Program-made: the position numbers and the translations under genes | The notes under the pieces: generated by a model | The model's input: only the letters and a program-made list of their open reading frames with translations | Told to the model about the DNA's origin: nothing | Databases searched by the model: none | Part shown: one piece after another, positions 39,141-51,849 of the stretch | How positions within the stretch are numbered: the first letter of the stretch is position 1 | Layout of the letters: the number at the start of each line of letters is the position of its first letter | From: Octopus sinensis | Taxonomy: Eukaryota | DNA: 64,000 bases | Direction of reading: 5' to 3' | NCBI RefSeq assembly: GCF_006345805.1 | Contig: NC_042997.1 | Span: forward strand, 151,838,001-151,902,000

Positions 39141-41039
39141 CCACAACCAGGCATCACATCCGAGATGTGACGCTGGGTTAAGAGTAAGGAGATTAAGAGA
39201 GTGCCTATTTCTGCTCGCGACTAGATACGCGCCTAAAATATTTAGCGAAAGTTTGGTGCATATTAACCAAGCACTAGTCGCTCGTCTGTGGCAACTGTAC
39301 TGCACAACCGTTGTCCTAGATGCTGCCGCTGTTAACCCAAGGTCAGCACTGATTGAGAAAACCAATGAATAAAAGCATTCTGCCTATGTATGACTATTCA
39401 ATTTTGAGACACTATTTTTCTGGCTACATTATCCATCTGGCTTTGATTTAATTAAGAATATACGGCGTAATTTGAGTGGTATTTGACAGCTATTTCTAGC
39501 AAATAGAAACACCACATAGATGTTCCCCCGTTGGACTGTAGTTACAGTCATCATTACCAGTGTAGCAGTGGTAGTATTTTAGTAATGATGTGTTACAAAT
39601 TCCATTAATATAGTTATTGTATTGTATAGTATGCAGGCTTGATGACCTGAGCGATAGTGCGGCAAGCGAGCTTTTATGTTGCGTCTAATGTTTGTTTAGA
39701 CTATATGGAATGCAAAGCGTTAATTGATTTTCTGTTCTATTCATTTGTTGGTCTCGAATTGCTAACTTTCTTCCTCAAACGAGTGTGAACGAATTTGAAC
39801 ATTTGTTAATAAAAATGACACCAACAGCTGTTTAAAGAAGACAAGCGTTTGTTATTAGCAGCATTAACGACATCTATAATGTGTTGGTAACAATAATAGG
39901 TTCATATCCATGCATTCTCGGTGTCGCTTTCTGTCGTCAAACAAGACATTTAATCATAAATTGTCTCGATTTATCTGTATTAGACCAGTGTCTTGTCCAG
40001 AATATTCTTCCCTTTCTCATCCGTTTAGAAATAATGGAAGTTCAGCTAAACAATGATAAAATAACTCGACAGGTTATTTAAATGGCAATGTGTTTTTCTT
40101 TTTAGAATTAATTATGCATCTAACAAAGGCGAAGATCTGCAAATTATATCGATTCCAGTACTTGACTGTTACTTATTTTATTGGCCACGAGGGGAAGAAA
40201 GGAAAGAATCCATCTCGACGAGATTTAATCTGAGAATATAAATGATCGAACTACAGTAAAGTGTTTTGTTCGACACTTTACCATTAATGCCATCTACTTT
40301 CATTTTTACAGCATCAATGCAGTGGATTGGTAGAAATGTTAGGGTGCCGGACAAAAAGCTTTACTCCATTTTAGTTACAGCTCCTTCTGTTAAGAGTTCA
40401 AATCCTTCTGACTTCAAACGTACCTGTGATCTACTTTCCATAGCAGTTCACAACTGAAATTATGCTTCTTTTTACGTCAAAGTTTATGCTCTTACCACTG
40501 ACTCTTTGACGGTGTCGTACTAACTTGCTGAATGGGCACTCTGTCAGTCTTAATACACATTTTTGCCAGCTTAACAGACTTGAGAATCTCGAAGTAAATT
40601 GCCTTGCCCAAGGACAGAATGTCTAACTTGGATCGGGAATCGAACCCAAGACTATATGAACAACAGTCCTGTTACCTATGCTCTATACCACATATTTTGG
40701 ATTTGTTACAGTGAAAATACATAATACAACATATCAAACCCAACACTCATTGATTACTAGAGAACGCAAGATGATCGCTCGATCTGCGTGAGTTAGTGGG
40801 AAAATTAACCTCAAATACACTCGACCTTTCCAAAAGTGTAAAGAACACATTATGTAATGCAGTCTAGTTTATATACCCTTAAACAGACGAGATGGTTTGG
40901 GCTGGATTGTCTTCCATGAGAGATATGCATGATCGATGTTGAGCTGATGCAGTTACTCGTGTGTATATATACATATATATATGTCTATGTGTGTGTGGCA
41001 TGATAGATCGCCATGATAGATCGGTAGCCACTACACACA

Positions 41040-41215
41040 TTTTTATCTTTTCCTGTTTCTCTCCTCGTTTCTTTCTGTGTTCCTTTCTGTGGAAGAGCGT
41101 AGGCTCGAAACGTAAAATACTTTTTCAATTCCCGAGCGTTATACTAATACATCTGTTTGTTTACTACACTACCTGTCTACGTCTTTTGTTTTTTTTCGCG
41201 AATTTTCCTTATTTG
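41040..41215 (+). mobile_element. Repeat family gamma copy with hammerhead-like motif (41084-41117)
   Basis: ttt-ctgtgga-a-gagc-gtag-gctc-gaaac-gta-aaa; homologous to the minus-strand copy at 14060-14210. Confidence 0.6.
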
Positions 41216-41242
41216 TATATATATATATATATATATATATAT

Positions 41243-41828
41243 GTCGGCACCTGGGGGAGTCGTGCGATGGCTTCCTCGTTGATCTGGGCTGGTCGGTTGA
41301 GCACGATGTTGAAATGCTCCGCCCAACTCTCCAGGATCAGCCTCTTGTTAGTCATGAGTGAGGTTCCATCCGAGCTGAGCAGGCGGGGTTGATCCAAAGG
41401 AGGACTGCGGTCCATAGACAGCTTTCAGCGCCTCGTAGAATTTCTTGCTGTCGTGTTTGTCTGCGTATCCCTGAATCTCATCCGCCTTGGCGCTTAACCA
41501 TGCGTCTTGCATGAAGCGGAGTTTTGCCTGTTGAAAGCAGCTTTCTTTGCCGTGCAGGTGGTGTCACTTTGGTGTGCCCGCAGCAGACGGCGTTTCTCTT
41601 CCAGGAGCTTTTGGATTTCCTGGTCGGCAAGATTTCCGGGACGCAACAATCGTCCACATTTATAAGCGGAAAGGAGATCGGCACTAATAGCACAACCCCT
41701 ACCCACTTCTGCCCCACCTGTGGGAGGGGCTTTCTTGCCCGGATTGGCCTCACCAGCCACCTCCGATCTCATAGCAGCAATTCCACCAAATGATGTCAAT
41801 GGTCATCTTCGAACCCGAAGGACGAACA
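41243..41828. mobile_element. Rearranged RTE LINE fragment (inverted 5' part + internally deleted 3' part)
   Basis: Minus 41243-41625: DQEIQKLLEEKRR...DAWLSAKADEIQGYAD...LLSSDG...WAEHFNIVLNRP. Plus from ~41626: QDFRDATIVHIYKRKGDR fused to THFCPTCGRGFLARIGLTSHLRSH (C2H2), ending ggtcatcttcgaacccgaaggacgaaca. Confidence 0.85.
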
Positions 41829-42329
41829 TTATATATATATATATGTGTATATGTATACAGTTTCTCTATAAAAAGAAATCATAGAACATATGACAGACTG
41901 TAATCGGAACAGATTAGGTTCCTCTATATCTGACGCTTACCGCTTGGATTGCTTACTTCTATTTCCAAAGCTGCTGAAAAACAGTAGCGTAAAACTACTT
42001 ATTAAAAATGTAAACAATATTGTGAATGACACAAGTCATTTATATAATGGTACCGGTTTGGCAGCCGGGCATTAATACCATAACAACATTAATATCAATC
42101 ACTCTTTTTAAAAAGAACCAACTCATTAGTTTCATGTATTTTTAACAAAACTACAAGTGATAGACATAAGTATCTGCGTACGGTTACATCGTCATTGATT
42201 TACGTTTGTCTGTATGAAAACAAAAATAATAACAGTAAAGAAAAAGAGAAAGCAGTAACCCAATTTCAAAATGAAGCTCTTTTATTCATTCATTTCTTTC
42301 TGTTTTTTTTTTGTCATTTTGTTTGAGGG

Positions 42330-42390
<61 letters not shown>

Positions 42391-43616
42391 AAATAAAGAA
42401 AGAAAGAAAGTATGATTGAGAGTGGGAGGAGGGCTGTTCCTTTTTACCGTGTTTAACAAATATTCTGATGTTGCATACACAGTCTGTCTCGTCCATACAA
42501 TTACTTCTATTGTAATTTAGGATGGCGCAACTGTTTGACTTCACTACTAAACACTATTAGCAAAACGCGTCGTTCTTGTTTCGTTTGATGTTTATATCAT
42601 TGTTTTAGTTGTTCGTAAGAAAACTAGAATCACACAGAATTTCAAACGCAACAAATACAAGAGAATTACTTAACAAGTGAATGAGGAAACGTATTTAACC
42701 CAAGGCATATCGCCTTCATACACACAGTCGTGACACGTACGCACACAAGCACACGCATACATATACAGTCACACACATGCACATATTGGCATTTGACAAT
42801 AAGGTTATACAATTTCTTTCTCTTTATTGTAAATTGCTGTTTGCGGTTGCTACAGAGGATCTATCTAAATTCATTTTGAGATCAATAAATGACATCTCAT
42901 AAGTTTATGGCTTTAGGATTTAGCAATGCTAACATCAATGAATGTCACAGTAAATTAACTGGACTGTTTGATATTGGATACGTCCATTTCCAGTCACTTA
43001 TTTCGGCCAGCTGACATTTGCAATTCGGCCGGTCTACCTCTGCTTGAATTTAATCCGGATTGTCTAGTAAGCAGAACTCTAGTATCAATAAATGATTCAA
43101 CATCTGACATTGTGCTTTGAAAGCAAGTCATTCAACAATCATTTCTGCATCGGTGATTCCCTTTAAATGGTAACCTGTTAGACTATGTTAGTACTTTTAA
43201 TCAAACTGAGATTACAGATTTCAAATAGTCTTATATTACATCGATATGTATGGTGTGTGTGCTTAAGTTTGTGTTTGTGTGAGCGCGTGGTGCATGTGTG
43301 CTTGTTTGTGTGTGAGTGTGTGTGTTATTGAGCCCCATAAATAGTTAGGTCGTTGACTGAAGGCGGAGTTTATGAGTTTGGTGACGCCCGTTCCACTCCA
43401 GTTTATAACGATACGAGCAGTTGAATTCTGTTTTATAATTTGGTGGATTTTGCTTTTAGCTAGTGAACTTTCTCACCTTGTGGTACTTGCAGCTGTTTGG
43501 CTCAAGCAATTAAACCTTGTACATTTCAACCTTCTATAAACGCTTAATAACACATGCGCGCGCGCACACAGATGCAGGTATACACACAGAACACACATGC
43601 ACACCCACACATATCT

Positions 43617-43922
43617 ATATCTGTATATGTATATACTAAATAATACCAGTTTCCCTCCACCCACCCAGAAACAACAAAATTTGCTTCAACACACGAATTC
43701 ACAAAAAGAATCTTGCAAACCAGATCCCAAAACAAAATGATTCGTACTTTATAGCAAATTATAATTTACCAAAAAGCAAAAATTGTAATTTGTTTTAAAG
43801 CGTATGTTTTGGGAACTGGTTTGCATGATTCTTTATGTGAATTCGTGTGTTGAAACAAATTTTGTTGTTTCTGGGTGGGTGGAGGGAAACTGGTATTATT
43901 TAGTATATACATATACAGATAT
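43617..43922. repeat. 118-bp inverted repeat, 70-bp spacer (MITE/foldback-like)
   Basis: 43617-43734 versus reverse complement of 43805-43922: about 4 mismatches. Confidence 0.92.
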
Positions 43923-43999
43923 ATATATATTAAACTGACGTACCAGTGAATTGGATGTTTACTACACCCCTTTGAAGGATTTCTTTTATTCAGTTTGTT

Positions 44000-44067
<68 letters not shown>

Positions 44068-44869
44068 TGTATGATTACATCACTCACACGACCGCCTTTT
44101 TAATTCATTCGTTCCGGCAATAGGGCAGTATCGTCGTTTCCATTTTTCTTTTCGAAAATGAAGATACCCAATGTGCAAAGTAAAGCTTTGGCTGGAAAGC
44201 GAAATTAAGTATTTTTATTCAGCGTATGTAAACGGCTACATTATGTGTAGGTGTATTTCGGTAGTCATATCTCACCATTAACTCTGCATGGACAATTATA
44301 CTCATATCATTAGTAAATTTAAATCAGTGTGATAAAATGTAGCGTAACAGTTGATAACTAATCTTATTCATTTCCTTTTATGCTAATTATATACAATTTG
44401 AAGAACTCCGATTTATATTCGCATATAAAATATTCTGCTCAGACATAAGTGAAAATATTCTGCTCAGACATAAGTGTCGAAACGCGTCTACATATGATGG
44501 AAAGAAACTTTTTAATTTGCTTTAATTTAAATTTCCCTCATTGATCGTTGATTACTGCCACCTTCACAAAAAGATGAGGGGTAGAAATCATCATGCTACT
44601 CCACCATCGGAAAGAAGGAACAGTGTTGGACAAGGCATTAGTACAACGCTTTTCTTGGTAATAGAAAAGAAAGGAACCTCTTTCTGAATCAGGACATAAT
44701 CATACGAAATTTTATATGACTATCATTAGCAATGAATAGCCGTTGGATGCTGACGGATGATGATAACTGCACACTTAGCTAAATAATTCTACTCCATGCC
44801 AGATGTCGATTTGATCATGGACAGGCAGATACAATTTGTTTAATAGATTGCTGTACAACATGAATTATT

Positions 44870-45016
44870 TACATTATTTACATTTGACGGATATTTGCCC
44901 TCATCTTGTTCGTTGTTAACACAACGTTTCGGCTGATATACCCTCCACCCTTCATCAGGTGTCTTGGAGAAATTTCGAACCTGGGTTCTCTTTCCTAACG
45001 TATTTTTCGATGTTGC

Positions 45017-45090
<74 letters not shown>

Positions 45091-45183
45091 TCACCGCATG
45101 AAGGCTGGATGGCATATCAGCCGAAACGTTGTGTTATCAACAAACAAGATGAGGACAAATATCCGTCAAATGTAAATAATGTA
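44870..45183. mobile_element. Family alpha element with inverted ~90-bp terminal duplication, each arm carrying a hammerhead-like motif
   Basis: Minus 44918-44963: gacac-ctgatga-a-gggtg..cagcc-gaaac-gtt-gtgtt. Plus 45098-45135: atga-a-ggctg..cagcc-gaaac-gtt-gtgtt. An (ATT)n spacer lies between. Confidence 0.8.
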
Positions 45184-45952
45184 TATAATTCCTCATCTAT
45201 TAAATATAGAACATGAATTGTGTTTTATATAAACTGATCTATTGCACAAAATAACTTGTAGCCAGTTGGATACTAACATTTGATTTTATTACATAATTAA
45301 ACTCTAGCAATCCTATATTAGGTGTTGCCTTTTATCTATGTTCCAGTGTTATCATTTAGACACGCATACATACACACTTATATAGTGACTTAACTGGGAC
45401 TTCAAGTTTCACCTTTAACTGCTTAGCCAATAAGTTCTATTCAAACAGTTATTCAGTATTAAAACAGATTGTTTCAATAAGCCTGAAGAGGTTTTCTCCA
45501 TCATGACAAATGTACGGTTATTGTCACTTCCACATATTATGAATTTATTAGTATTTCTCAGATCCTGGCAAGTTTATTGGATTTTGTGGTTATGTATATT
45601 TCATTGGTGTATCAAAGTTTAGCGCTTTCAGAACATTGGCTTAGTTGCTCCACAGATGGTAAAGATGTGGAAAAATTCACAAAACAGTATTGACATACGT
45701 TAGATCGAATCATAGTCTGCATTAGTGACATATCAGATATCTGCCAGAATGTAAAATATCTTTATTAACAATACGTCATAAATCGGCAGGTTGTTTAATA
45801 CGTTTCAGACTATCATTGCGCTCTTCAAAATTGTATCTCATGGTAAGAATGCTATTCTCCGTAGTCTTTGAATCTGCTAAAAATGGCCGCGTAATTCCAT
45901 TGAGGCACAGCCAACCGTTTTAAAAGTGCGAAGACATTGACCGATGAGATTT

Positions 45953-46002
<50 letters not shown>

Positions 46003-46036
46003 GTGTGTGTGTGTGTATACATACACATGTATATCT

Positions 46037-46067
<31 letters not shown>

Positions 46068-46704
46068 TTATAGATAGATAGATAGATGTGTGTATTTTTC
46101 CCTTCTTTACAATTAACACAGAAAAAAGTTACTAGGGTAGCAAAAAATTACACAAGTAAAAAGGGCGTAACACCTCGTTTTTAAAGGTAAAATCTCCGGG
46201 TTTATGTGAAATATTTTGTATAGTATATATAAATAAATGGAGTTAAACAACGCAGGTGTATACATATATATATATATATCGAAATGTCATCGGTTAATGT
46301 CTTCCGCTTTTAAAGCGTTTGACTGTGTGTTAATGGAATTTCGCGGCCATTAGATATATCCTTTTCCAAGATTTTAGGCTTTTTTAAAATTCACGTATCG
46401 TTCTATATATCTAACTTATTTAGTTTTTTTCTTTTTTCTTTCCTCTACTCCTCCTCTTTCTATAGGCTACTTTTGATGTTGTATCTTCTAACGTTTTTTT
46501 TAGACTAAATAGCATTCAGTTCATCACTATACATATCCATCATATTCTGTTAAAATGTCTTATTGACGTGTTTTATTTCTTCGTTTCCCTGAAGAGAAGA
46601 TTACATTGTTTTACACCATTTTATTCCTCTAGAATAATACCAATGTTGTCTTCGAAACATGTGTCGGAAGTAAAAGAATTTGAATAATACTTGCGTTTAA
46701 CTCC

Positions 46705-46738
<34 letters not shown>

Positions 46739-46804
46739 TTGTGTGTGTGTGTATGTATGTATGTATGTATGTATGTATGTATGTATGTATGTATGTATGT
46801 GCTA

Positions 46805-47250
46805 CTGGTAACATGTAACCCAGTACAACCTGTTGCATGGTCGGGTCGTCGCGACCAAACCGGCAACCCCACCAAGCTTGCTTGGTGAGGAGGATGTTTA
46901 TTGGACAGCCTGCGGGATGAAAAGCAAAACCCGTCAAAGGGCGGATGAACTCTTGAGAGTCAACGGCCATCCAATAAATGTCTTAAGGCTCTATCATGCG
47001 CGGGGACATAGGAATAATCGGAATACCCGATCACGCGGTTAAACCATTGGGAGGGAAGGACTCCTAGCCTTTGTTAGGGCATCTTTCTAGGAGAAGGTAA
47101 CTCAGGTAACTGGGATAACTCCGATATAAAACTGCGGCTCAGTGGTTACCGATGATGTTGACTTGTTCTTCTTTTCGGATTATGGCTGCTGTTGCTTAGT
47201 GAGTGGGATTGACTCAGTGCACAGCCTTTCCTCACTTAAAAAAATCTTCT
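46805..47250 (+). mobile_element. GC-richer repeat resembling an RTE 5' UTR
   Basis: Contains ...ttctaggagaaggtaactc..., a segment remembered from RTE 5' UTRs, plus several hairpins; no ORF follows. Confidence 0.35.
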
Positions 47251-47599
47251 TGCAAAGGCATTGCATGATAACAACATTGATTAAGCTTCGTGCAATGGCC
47301 ATACTCGATAACGAGGTGGCAGCCACCATGTATGTATGTAATGTATGTATATATATATATTTATACATACAAATAATTATAACACTATTGTCGATGGGCT
47401 GCTTAACGACGGCAGATTAGAAGCTAAAAGATATTACATCATTAACACTTACAAATTTGTTTACAATCGTGAATGTAATAAAATCTGACAGTTACATTGA
47501 CAATATACGAATGATATATTTTTTCACTCTCTCATTATATGTTTATTACAGAAATCTACTGGTACTCACTAAATTGCACAATACAAACAAAACTATATA

Positions 47600-48485
47600 C
47601 GAGGTGGTATCAAAAGATTCTCGGACTAGTTGTGTTTAATAAAATGTAAATTATTTACCTAAGTTTTAGCACAATCTAACTCGAAGTAGTCACCTTTAGC
47701 AGCAATGCAACGGTCCCAATGTTCCTGTCCTTTTTCGAATCAGACCTGGAAGTTGTCTTTCATTAGTAAGTCAAGGATCTTCTGCAATTCGCTCTAGATC
47801 TCGACAACAGTGTTAAAACGGTGACCTTCGAGCTGCATTTTCATCTTAGAGAAGAGATGGAAGTTTGCTGGTGCTAAATCTGGCGAAGACTTCATGTGCG
47901 GAAGGGATATGATGTGGCTTTTGGCGAGAAACTAACGAGTGAAGAGAGCTCGGTGAAGAAGCCAATTCTTCGCGCTCCATACATCCGATCGCTTTCGCCA
48001 AATGCCCTCCTTCAAAAGCTTCAAAACGTCGCAGTACAATCTGGCCCTGGGGGACGAATTCCCGATGCACAACACCACACTTCCGCGGGTTACGCTCGTG
48101 GCATGTCTTCCAGATGGCTCATAATCTTTCAGGAGCGTATCTTCGGCTTCTGAAGCACTTGTGCTATTTAAAACATCGTGTACGACCCATTATCTCGTCG
48201 CCGTAAGCTTTCTAAAGTATGATCAATGTCTCTGAAGCAAACTTCCCAAGTTTAACGCAAAAATTCCCATTGGCTCTTTATACCAGTCCCTGACAAAATC
48301 GCAGACTACAACCTACACCTGATTACAAAAACACAAATTTCACAACTTGCGAAGTAAACACAGCGATGTCACTCGGCATTATGCCTCATGAAAGTCACTG
48401 CTAGCTCTCACAGCGCACGCAACTGTGTGCTGCCATCTGTTGACGCCCTACAGAAATAATTCAGAATTGCTTTGATACTACCTCG
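47600..48485 (-). mobile_element. Internally deleted mariner element (886 bp) with TIRs and TA TSD
   Basis: TA-cgaggtggtatcaaaa ... ttgatactacctcg-TA. Minus translation HREFVPQGQ.. and decayed PYSPDLAP region. Confidence 0.85.
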
Positions 48486-49289
48486 TATGAAAAATATATT
48501 TTTATAACATATTTGTGTATTGGATCACAAAATAGCTAGTAGCTTAAAAATAGAAGTTTTAATAATGAGAAAATAAGATCCAGAAAAGCAACATAAAAAT
48601 AGCTGGCTATTAGCAAATACGTCTTTCTAAGTTTCAAATCCCATGATAATGATGTCATTAAGTCAACATCAATCCTATGAATCATGCGTCTAATTGTGGA
48701 AATAATACATCACCAATACTTTTGAAGATTTAGAAATGTCAATGAATCTAGGAACTGCATTCTTTCAAATTCCAGACAAAATATAAAGCGGTAATAAGAA
48801 ATACGAAAAATTACGTAAATGCTGAACACAGTTTTTCAAAGAAACCCGTTTTTACATAAATACCACAGTATTGTTAACGCACTTTATATTAGTGATTTTT
48901 GACATTTTATTAAAATGTTTATGACTAAGAGAGAAAAGGGAACGCTCGTGACTAATTTCAGTGTCTCTTGAGATTTGTGGGCTGAAAGGAGGCAAAGAGG
49001 GAGCTTTCCTCGGGTCAGACACCAATAAAAGATTTTTGGCTGCTGAAGGCACCCAAATACCACATGGTGGTAGGCTGCAGCAGACGTTGTACATGCTTTC
49101 ATCATGATGCTTTCTGGCAACCGCAGAGAACCAGTCACTTTAGGGGACATGTTCGACCCCTGTTCTTAAATGGTAATCATTTTATTGACCACGGATATGT
49201 GAGAAGATGACCTAGACTTACAGGGACATGATTAAATAAAAAAAATTCTGTGGCAGTCCAGAGATTTTTACTATAGTCTGCCTTACTCT

Positions 49290-49570
49290 ACCCTCATAAT
49301 GCCACCATAACTTATTATCTTCATCTCTAAAGAGAACGATAGAAGAGATTTAAAAACACGTCTGTTAAAAAGAAGAAATGCCATCAAGAACAGTATAAAG
49401 GTTGTTTAGAAAGCATCTAGATGAACCTAGCTGAAATGAGATAACAGATGAATCTTAATAGAATACCGCTACACATAGAAGCTAGGCTTCATCAATGTAG
49501 GTTGGGTCACTTGGATAAGGCTGTATGTTGTCAAACCCGAAACACTCAATGACTCCAGGATGAAACAAAG
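49290..49570 (+). mobile_element. Old 3' end of a HERO-like RLE retrotransposon
   Basis: RNAI...KASRW-like remnant followed by ggctgtatgttgtcaaacccgaaacactcaatgactccagg, resembling HERO 3'UTRs as remembered. Confidence 0.35.
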
Positions 49571-50668
49571 GAAAAATAGGGAACGCTATGATGAACCAAA
49601 TGCATTACTATTAATTAACACCAAAGAAATAGGGTATTTCGCCTAGGGATACTTCATCCTTAGCAGAGCAGATAGTTTTTAAATTTGTTTTAAACAACTG
49701 TACAACAGGAAGCGTGTTTTTGATTCTACAGAGTTCAACAAATTTGAAATTAAGAATTTACCTCAGATGTAATGGGTTAGGAGAGATCTGAACTTTCAAT
49801 CGTTCATCGAATAAAATACTATAAATATGGTGAATTTGTACGCTTAGTGAGAGAAAAACCTGGCCGTCTAACCAACTCTGCACAATTATCATAATACTAA
49901 TATGATCAATAGCACAATAAATGTTGATAAATAAATAAAGATTTGTGCCGGCAACTTTAGTAATTATACTACAGCTATGCATACAGTAAGTCTCGGTTGC
50001 CAAAATCACAAACAAGTTCTGTAATGAAATTTGTAGAGGGCAAAACTAATAAAATGCTACTTTATAAATAAAAGATGATTCAATATATGAAATACATCAA
50101 CAGTGAAAAATATTATTATCGTTGTTGTTATTGTTATTGTTGTCATCATTGTTGTTTATTGCTGTTTTTGTTGTTGTTCTCCTTCTACTTTTCCTCCTCC
50201 ACCTCCGTTTTCTTCCTCTTCTTCTTTTTCGTCTTCTTCTTCTCCTCCTCATCCTTCTCCTCCTCCTCCTCCTTCTTCTTCTTCTTCTTCTTCTTCGTCT
50301 TCTTCTCCTTCTTCTTCTATTCTACGAGCAGACATACGAAACGGGACACCCGAAAGAAATGCAATTTATCACGATTTATTTCCATACAAAAATAAAAAGC
50401 TTTTGGTTATCTTGCCAAGACAAGACTTTCAATGTTTTTGTCTCCATTTGTTTAACTTTATTGATAAAACTTAAGGTTTGTCTTTAAACGTTCTGACATT
50501 TTTTATGTATTATTTTCTTTGTTGTCAAGGCATTTTCTTCCGAAAAAGGAGCGATCAGTGACGCTCACTACAGTAGTGACACTAATGTAGATATAAATAA
50601 TGCAGTCCTACACGCCGAAACATATAATTAAACACATATATACGTAAGACCTGCAGTACAACAAATAT

Positions 50669-51053
50669 GTGGAAGCACTCCGTCGGTTACGACGATGAGG
50701 GTTCCGGTTGATCCGAATCAACGGAACAGCCTGCTCGTGAAATTAACGTGTAAGTGGCTGAGCACTCCACAGACACGTGTACCCTTAACGTAGTTCTCGG
50801 GGATATTCAGCGTGACACAGAGAGTGACAAGGCCGGCCCTTTGAAATACAAGTACAACAGAAACAGGAAGTAAGAGTGAGAGAAAGTTGTGGTGAAAGAG
50901 TACAGCAGGGATCACCACCATCCCTGCCGGAGCCTCGTGGAGCTTTTAGGTGTTTTCGCTCAATAAACACAACGCCCGGTCTGGGAATCGAAACCGCGAT
51001 CCTACGACCGCGAGTCCGCTGCCCTAACCACTGGGCCATTGCGCCTCCACAGT
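50669..51053 (-). mobile_element. SINE family C, tail type 2, with 13-bp TSD
   Basis: Reverse complement gtggaggcgcaatggcccagtggttagggcagcggactcgcggtcg... shares ~170 nt with 38835 and then diverges. TSD gtacaacaaatat at 50656-50668 and 51054-51066. Confidence 0.88.
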
Positions 51054-51453
51054 GTACAACAAATATAATGTGACATTAATACATTGATAGTACAAGAAAA
51101 TCAAATGGAAACAGTTTCAAATTTGTTACTATCAGGGATGCTTCATTTAAATCGAGTCCCGGAAAAGAAAACAAGCATGAGGTATTTTCTGAAATACATT
51201 ACATCCTTGACTTTGTGATATCTCGAGGAAGTAGTGAGAAAAAGATTAACATAATTCAGGCTTGTGAGAGAATAAACAGGCCAGTGCATTATTAAACAGT
51301 TGAGAGGATTATTCATCGAGGTTTAGAGAGATGATGTTTCCATTGACTGGGGACGAGCATATTCAAGACCAATAATTTGGAGAGGTAACGGATTTAGATA
51401 CTTCATCATACTTCTGGTCTTAGAATCGTGCTGGAATATATATGCCATCAGAA

Positions 51454-51668
51454 AGCGGCGAGCTGGCTGAATCGTTAGAACGCCGGGCGAAATGCTTGGT
51501 GGTATTTCCTCTGCCTCTATGTTCTGAGTTCAAATTCCGCCGAGGTCGACTTTACCTTTCATCCTTTCGGGGTCGATAAATTAAATACCAGTTGAGTACT
51601 GGGGTCGATGTAATCGATTATCCCCCCCCCCTCAAAAATTTCAGGCCTTGTGCCTATAGTAGAAAGAG
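51454..51668 (+). mobile_element. SINE family B monomer with 18-bp TSD
   Basis: TSD atatatatgccatcagaa at 51436-51453 and 51669-51686. Confidence 0.9.
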
Positions 51669-51849
51669 ATATATATGCCATCAGAACACAAAAATCAGAG
51701 TCGGGGATTATACTTTGGATACGAACACTTCAGTTGTCACCTTTGCGGCATCAGAGGAGAATGTATGAAATCCGAAATTACAAAAACTGATCTGTACTCG
51801 GGTGGAGTGTACATGAACACAAAACTCCTGATGACCTTCACAACGGACT

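Noticed and set aside
44428-44492. Hammerhead-like ctgctca-gaca-taag-tgtc-gaaac-gc-gtc within a 25-bp tandem duplication
   Set aside because: The core departs from CUGANGA at three positions and no stem I can form; at most a decayed relic.
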